64,000 nt of DNA, from positions 9,650-73,649 of the forward strand of contig DAOOXC010000002.1 of NCBI GenBank assembly GCA_035393325.1, given 5' to 3'. How positions within the stretch are numbered: position 1 is the stretch's first letter; each line of letters starts with the position of its first letter. Position numbers and translations under genes: made by a program. The notes under the pieces were generated by a model. The model was not told the DNA's origin, made no database searches, and was given only the letters and a program-made list of their open reading frames with translations. Shown in pieces: positions 59,521 to 64,000 of this stretch. This DNA is from Methylotenera sp. (GTDB lineage: Bacteria; Pseudomonadota; Gammaproteobacteria; Burkholderiales; Methylophilaceae).

Positions 59521-59910
59521 ATGACAGAAAATAATCAACATAACGCTATAGACGCTGGTAATACTGAGCTCCACCACCCAGAGTGGGATGAGCCTATTGT
59601 GTGCCGTGTGGAAGTGGATTTGCCCAAATGGTTGCGCCAGTTAACTGGTAGCGATTGGGAAGTATATTCAGAAGAAGAAGCAGAAAACTGCATTAGTTTT
59701 GCCATGCGTAAAAATGGCGCGCATACACAAAAAATGCCACTCAACCTTACGCCAAGCTTGGCTGAAGTGACCTTGTACCACAATGGCTATGCGGTGGTGG
59801 ATGTGGACGGGAAATCTTTGTTTGACGGTTCGCTCACTTCTGGTGGCAGTGATTTTGCCCATTTAACCTATTACCATGCGGATAGTGGTGAAAAAATCAC
59901 GCTGAATTAA
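59521..59910 (+). CDS. hypothetical soluble protein
   Basis: 129-aa ORF with an AAGGAAA RBS 5-11 nt upstream of the ATG at 59521. No family recognised. Confidence 0.45.
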   Translation: MTENNQHNAIDAGNTELHHPEWDEPIVCRVEVDLPKWLRQLTGSDWEVYSEEEAENCISFAMRKNGAHTQKMPLNLTPSLAEVTLYHNGYAVVDVDGKSLFDGSLTSGGSDFAHLTYYHADSGEKITLN

Positions 59911-59960
59911 GACTAATTTTAAAGTTTTATTTTAGCTAAAAATACCCACTCTTCCTATTT

Positions 59961-60001
59961 GATGCCCTGCAAGCCAATATCCATGCGGCTCGCAGGGCAT
60001 C
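59961..60001 (+). repeat. REP-like hairpin repeat, copy 8 (core hairpin only), acting as a terminator-like structure
   Basis: GATGCCCTGCAAGCC-AATATCCATGC-GGCTCGCAGGGCATC followed by ATTTTTT. The loop is near-identical to copies 5 and 7, but the flanking CATCATTTCACC and CTCTCGGGG modules are absent. Confidence 0.7.
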
Positions 60002-60085
60002 ATTTTTTGCACGGCGTGTTATTAAGCCATATTTTGGCAAATTTTTACTGCTTAGTTTTAGCTTGCTCAATCTAAGTAACACGAT

Positions 60086-60115
60086 AAAATTGTTGGTTCA
60101 AAAATTGTTGGTTCA
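60086..60115 (+). repeat. perfect tandem duplication of a 15-mer (AAAATTGTTGGTTCA x2)
   Basis: Read directly; it ends 23 nt upstream of the ATG at 60139. Confidence 0.9.
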
Positions 60116-60138
60116 ATCAATGCTTAAAACAGCGAACG

Positions 60139-60762
60139 ATGCGCGCAGTGCTTAAAATTTTACAACTTGCTTTTACTTTATTTTTGCTGACGGTGGGCAC
60201 TACCAATGCTGCTGGCAACTTGCTACAAGATGGCGATGTGATTTTTCATACCTCAAAATCGTCACAATCCATCGCCGTGCAACGCGCCACAGGTTCAAAA
60301 TATAGTCACATGGGCATGATTGTTTATCGCAAACAAAAGCCTTTTGTGTTTGAAGCCGCTGGCACTGTGCGCTTAACGCCTTTAGATAAATGGATAGCAC
60401 GCGGCACGGGCCAGCATTTTGTTGTAAAGCGCCTTGCCAATGCCGAGTCTGTGCTAACTGCTAGCGCGCGAGAAAAATTATTAAAAACTGCTAGTCAATT
60501 TGCTGGGCGGCCTTATGATATTACTTTTGGTTGGCAAGATGACCAAATGTATTGCTCTGAGCTGGTGTGGAAAACATATGACCGTGCGCTGGGAATTCAA
60601 ATTGGCACATTGCAAAAAGTGCGCGAATTTAATTTAACAGACAACGCCGTGCGTAAAAAAATGCGCGAGCGATATGGCGACAATATTCCGTTAAATGAAC
60701 CCGTGATTTCACCCGTGGCGATGTTTAAATCGCCATTATTAACAACGGTGCTAGAAAAATGA
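60139..60762 (+). CDS. YiiX-family permuted papain-like (NlpC/P60-superfamily) enzyme, exported
   Basis: Signal peptide, SHMGMIV, MYCSELVWKTY (catalytic Cys context). Confidence 0.75.
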   Translation: MRAVLKILQLAFTLFLLTVGTTNAAGNLLQDGDVIFHTSKSSQSIAVQRATGSKYSHMGMIVYRKQKPFVFEAAGTVRLTPLDKWIARGTGQHFVVKRLANAESVLTASAREKLLKTASQFAGRPYDITFGWQDDQMYCSELVWKTYDRALGIQIGTLQKVREFNLTDNAVRKKMRERYGDNIPLNEPVISPVAMFKSPLLTTVLEK

Positions 60763-60796
60763 GCCCATTTATAAACAACAGAAAAAGTTAACAACA

Positions 60797-62197
60797 ATGC
60801 AAGCATTGCCCATTTTTTTGAATATCGCGCATCGGCCTTGTGTCGTCATCGGTGGTGGTGAGGTGGCGTTGCGCAAAGTGTCGTCACTGCTTAAGGCAGA
60901 TGCGGCAGTCAAACTTTATGCGCCTGAAATTTGTCCGCAATTACAAGTGCTGGTAGATGAAGGAAAAATTCAATTTAAAGCGTTGGCGTTTGAAGAAAAT
61001 CAGCTTGAAAAGGCTTGTTTGGTGATAGCGGCGACAGATGATGAAACCGTGAATGTTGCAGTTTCTCAAGCAGCCAAAGCACGCAATATCCCCGTGAATG
61101 TGGTGGACTCTCCAGCGCTTTGCACCTTTACTTTTGCCTCTATCGTTGATAGGTCGCCGATTATCGTAGCTGTTTCTAGTGAAGGTAACGCGCCGGTGCT
61201 GGCACGCTACACCCGCACAAAAATAGAAACCATGCTACCCGCCAACTATGGGCGCATTGCGGCGATTGCGGGTGAGTTTAGAGAAGAAGTCAAAACGCAA
61301 TTTGCCACCACGCAAGCGCGACGCATTTTTTGGGAAGAAGTCTTGCAAAGCCCGATTGTTGAGCAAATTTTAGCTGGGCATGAAGATGCCGCTCGGCAAA
61401 TGCTGGCACAGCGTTTGGCCGACCAAGCACACAACAAACAGCATCATGGCGAGGTTTATTTGGTGGGCGGTGGCCCAGGCGACCCTGATTTGCTCACCTT
61501 TCGCGCTTTGCGCTTGATGCAGCAGTGCGATGTGTGCGTGTATGATAAACTGGTGAGCCCTGAAGTAATGGCGCTAGTGCGCCGAGATGCCGAGCTCATT
61601 TATGTAGGCAAATCGCGCGACCAGCACACCTTGCCACAAGAAGAAATTAACCAATTATTGGCAAGACTTGCGCTGGAAGGTAAACGCGTACTGCGCTTAA
61701 AAGGCGGTGACCCATTTATTTTTGGGCGCGGCGGTGAAGAGATTGAAACACTTATGCAGCAAAATGTGCCGTTTCAAGTGGTGCCGGGCATCACGGCGGC
61801 TAATGGGGTTTCTAGCTACGCGGGTATTCCGCTCACGCATCGTGATTATGCGCAGGCTTGCCTGTTTATTACGGGGCATTTAAAAGATGGAAGTTTAGAT
61901 TTAGATTGGGTGGCGATGTCGCGCCCAAACCAAACCGTGGTCATTTATATGGGCTTGGTGGGGCTGGCGCAAATTTGCGAGCAACTGATTGCGCATGGCG
62001 TCTCGCCCGATATGCCAGCAGCAGTGGTGCAGCAAGGCACCACGCAACGCCAAAAAGTGGTGAGCGCAACCCTGCAAGATTTGGCGCAAAAAGTGGCCGA
62101 TGCGCAAATTAAAGCGCCATGCTTAACCATTATTGGTGAAGTGGTGAAACTGCGCGAAAAACTTAATTGGTTTACGCCAAGCGAACCAATTGAGTAA
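60797..62197 (+). CDS. cysG: siroheme synthase (uroporphyrinogen-III C-methyltransferase / precorrin-2 dehydrogenase / sirohydrochlorin ferrochelatase)
   Basis: N-terminal Rossmann VVIGGGEVALRK. C-terminal methylase VYLVGGGPGDPDLLT, RLKGGDPFIFGRGGEE. Confidence 0.95.
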   Translation: MQALPIFLNIAHRPCVVIGGGEVALRKVSSLLKADAAVKLYAPEICPQLQVLVDEGKIQFKALAFEENQLEKACLVIAATDDETVNVAVSQAAKARNIPVNVVDSPALCTFTFASIVDRSPIIVAVSSEGNAPVLARYTRTKIETMLPANYGRIAAIAGEFREEVKTQFATTQARRIFWEEVLQSPIVEQILAGHEDAARQMLAQRLADQAHNKQHHGEVYLVGGGPGDPDLLTFRALRLMQQCDVCVYDKLVSPEVMALVRRDAELIYVGKSRDQHTLPQEEINQLLARLALEGKRVLRLKGGDPFIFGRGGEEIETLMQQNVPFQVVPGITAANGVSSYAGIPLTHRDYAQACLFITGHLKDGSLDLDWVAMSRPNQTVVIYMGLVGLAQICEQLIAHGVSPDMPAAVVQQGTTQRQKVVSATLQDLAQKVADAQIKAPCLTIIGEVVKLREKLNWFTPSEPIE

Positions 62198-62210
62198 AGA
62201 TGTGGCATAA

Positions 62211-63587
62211 ATGACTGAAAACACAATTACATCGTCTGCTAAAAAAGGCCGCATTTATGCCCCTTGGGAGCACACTTTTAACCGTGTGCTTAGCCCCTTT
62301 GAGGCGTTTATACAACGCCAAACGACCAGTGGCTTGCTATTGATGGGCACAGCGATTGTTGCGCTCATATTAGCCAATAGTTCTTTAGCAGATGCCTACC
62401 AGCACCTTATTCACACGCCTGTAACACTTGCCATAGGCGGGTGGGGCATAGATATGAGCCTGCACCATTGGGTAAATGATGGCTTGATGGCTTTGTTTTT
62501 CTTTGTGGTGGGCTTAGAACTTAAGCGTGAAATGATGGTGGGCGAGCTTTCTAACATCCGCCACGCAGCCCTGCCTGTGGTGGCGGCGATAGGCGGTATG
62601 GTCATGCCAGCGCTGATTTATTTGGCTTTTAATCATCAGGGTGATGCCATGCGTGGCTGGGGTGTGCCAATGGCAACTGATATTGCTTTTGCAGTGGGTG
62701 CGTTAGTGCTATTGGCCAGCCGCGTACCCAAAGCATTGATTACTTTTTTAGTGGCGTTGGCGATTGCTGATGATTTAGGTGCGGTGCTGGTGATTGCGCT
62801 GTTTTACACGCAAGCGCTATCACTACACTGGTTGGGTGCGGCGTTGGCCATGTTGGCGCTGCTGTTTACGCTAAATTTTGCGGGCATTCGCAAAGTGATG
62901 CCGTACATTATTTTAGCGGTGCTGCTGTGGTATGCCTTACTGCAATCTGGCGTACATGCAACGCTGGCAGGCGTGCTGGGCGCATTTGCAGTGCCAGCGA
63001 GGTCAAAATATGACCCCAATTTATTTGCGGCACGTATTAATGAACAAATTGACCACTTTTTGGCCAACCACCAGCAAGATGACACCGTATTAACCAATGA
63101 AAATTTGCATAGCGTGGTGCAAAACCTTGAAGAAAGCGTTAAAGGCGTGCAAACGCCGCTACAGCGCTTAGAAAGCATTTGGCATCTCCCCGTCGCTTTT
63201 TTGGTGATACCCATTTTTGCGCTATTTAACGCAGGTATTCCATTGCAATTCAATGCGTTGGGCGCAACGCTCACGCACCCTGTGATGTTGGGTGTGGCAT
63301 CTGGTTTGCTTTTTGGCAAATTTATTGGCATCACGGGTGCTTGCTGGCTTGCCCTTAAATTGGGCATTGGGCAATTGCCAAGTGGCACGCGATTTAGTCA
63401 AATTATGGCGGTTTCGGTACTTGGCGGTATTGGTTTTACCATGTCGATTTTTATTTCAGAATTAGCATTTGCAAATCAACCAGAATATTTGCTTATGGCT
63501 AAAACGGGCGTGTTGTTGGCTTCACTTTTGGCAGGCTTCATTGGCTTTGTTTGGTTGTGGTTTTTGGGCAGAAAAACCGCATCTTAA
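62211..63587 (+). CDS. nhaA: Na+/H+ antiporter NhaA
   Basis: WVNDGLMALFFFVVGLELKRE, ALAIADDLGAV. Confidence 0.95.
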   Translation: MTENTITSSAKKGRIYAPWEHTFNRVLSPFEAFIQRQTTSGLLLMGTAIVALILANSSLADAYQHLIHTPVTLAIGGWGIDMSLHHWVNDGLMALFFFVVGLELKREMMVGELSNIRHAALPVVAAIGGMVMPALIYLAFNHQGDAMRGWGVPMATDIAFAVGALVLLASRVPKALITFLVALAIADDLGAVLVIALFYTQALSLHWLGAALAMLALLFTLNFAGIRKVMPYIILAVLLWYALLQSGVHATLAGVLGAFAVPARSKYDPNLFAARINEQIDHFLANHQQDDTVLTNENLHSVVQNLEESVKGVQTPLQRLESIWHLPVAFLVIPIFALFNAGIPLQFNALGATLTHPVMLGVASGLLFGKFIGITGACWLALKLGIGQLPSGTRFSQIMAVSVLGGIGFTMSIFISELAFANQPEYLLMAKTGVLLASLLAGFIGFVWLWFLGRKTAS

Positions 63588-63613
63588 GCCCAAATAAAAT
63601 CGCATGAAAATCG

Positions 63614-63678
63614 CCCGAGAGAAAATCATGCCTCTGGAAGCCGCATCCAGACTGGCTTAGCGGGCAGGCTAAATGAAG
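63614..63678 (-). repeat. REP-like hairpin repeat, copy 9 (reverse orientation)
   Basis: Reverse complement reads CTTCATTTAGCCTGCCCGCTAAGCC-AGTCTGGATGC-GGCTTCCAGAGGCATGATTTTCTCTCGGG. It lies between convergent genes. Confidence 0.85.
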
Positions 63679-63711
63679 ATAGAGTAAAAATCGCTTTAAA
63701 AAGTGCTTTTT

Positions 63712-64000
63712 TTAAGCCGATTTTAGATGAATAAAACCCGCTAAATACCACGCATAAAGTTGCATTAGCAAACGGTCGTCTTGCAGATTATTTGGCATAC
63801 ATTCGCGTTTATCAGCCAGCGTTTTAAGCAGGTTTGCCGATGCATTTGCGCAAGTAAATGACTCGCCATTCAAATAAAAAGTCGCATTCACAAATAGCAT
63901 TTGGCTTTTAAAATCGAGAGCCAGCCCTTGTAACTGTATTTTTTCAGCAAACTGCGCTAAGGATATTTTTTTGTTTTTCTCAAACACCACATGGCTTTTT
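63712..64000 (-). CDS. 3' part of a gene whose 5' end lies outside the window; possibly the C-terminal domain of a cupin/JmjC (RoxA/YcfD-like) protein
   Basis: The frame stays open to the window edge upstream of the GTG used by the ORF track. The family guess rests only on the general look of the C-terminal ~95 aa. Confidence 0.3.
   Translation of the reverse strand, partial: KSHVVFEKNKKISLAQFAEKIQLQGLALDFKSQMLFVNATFYLNGESFTCANASANLLKTLADKRECMPNNLQDDRLLMQLYAWYLAGFIHLKSA

Overview
This 64-kb window is dense chromosomal DNA that reads like the core genome of a moderately AT-rich betaproteobacterium. Gene content and synteny are reminiscent of Methylophilaceae, but the taxon is inference only. 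I support about 62 protein-coding genes. I recognised no rRNA, tRNA, CRISPR array, transposase, integrase or phage gene. Housekeeping blocks: aroC; ispB divergent from rplU-rpmA-obgE-proB-purE-purK; rpsT divergent from murJ-ribF-ileS-(LRR gene)-lspA; clpB; argJ; mutT; pilD-coaE-zapD-yacG; cysG-nhaA. Functional modules: (1) a cobalamin-riboswitch-controlled btuB / BtuM-like membrane protein / cobO / cobU / S4-protein operon; (2) regB-regA redox two-component genes divergent from a TonB-dependent receptor / PepSY / receptor operon, with RegA/RegR-type palindromes in the shared control region; (3) a Fur-box-preceded tonB-exbB-exbD operon; (4) a tightly coupled PAS-GGDEF-EAL plus HD-GYP c-di-GMP gene pair. 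Signals not explained by ordinary annotation: (i) nine copies of a ~66-nt hairpin repeat, all intergenic and just downstream of stop codons, with orientation tracking transcription and one compensatory stem change; (ii) a 127-nt palindromic element with perfect 10-bp termini that seems related to a ~124-nt insert in the variable arm of the B12 riboswitch; (iii) a prokaryotic pentameric ligand-gated ion channel homologue; (iv) a 1014-aa protein with a ~440-residue E/A/K/R-rich helical tract before a single TM helix and an AsmA-like C-terminal domain; (v) ribosomal proteins L21 and S20 with C-terminal extensions; (vi) several visibly AT-richer single-gene inserts (LRR protein between ileS and lspA, PhyH-family oxygenase, small membrane proteins). 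I did not find a convincing multi-gene defence or mobile system. The repeat families and the giant ER/K-AsmA-like protein are my best candidates for genuinely undescribed biology. All coordinates and motifs were read by eye. No GC values, alignments or database searches were computed.
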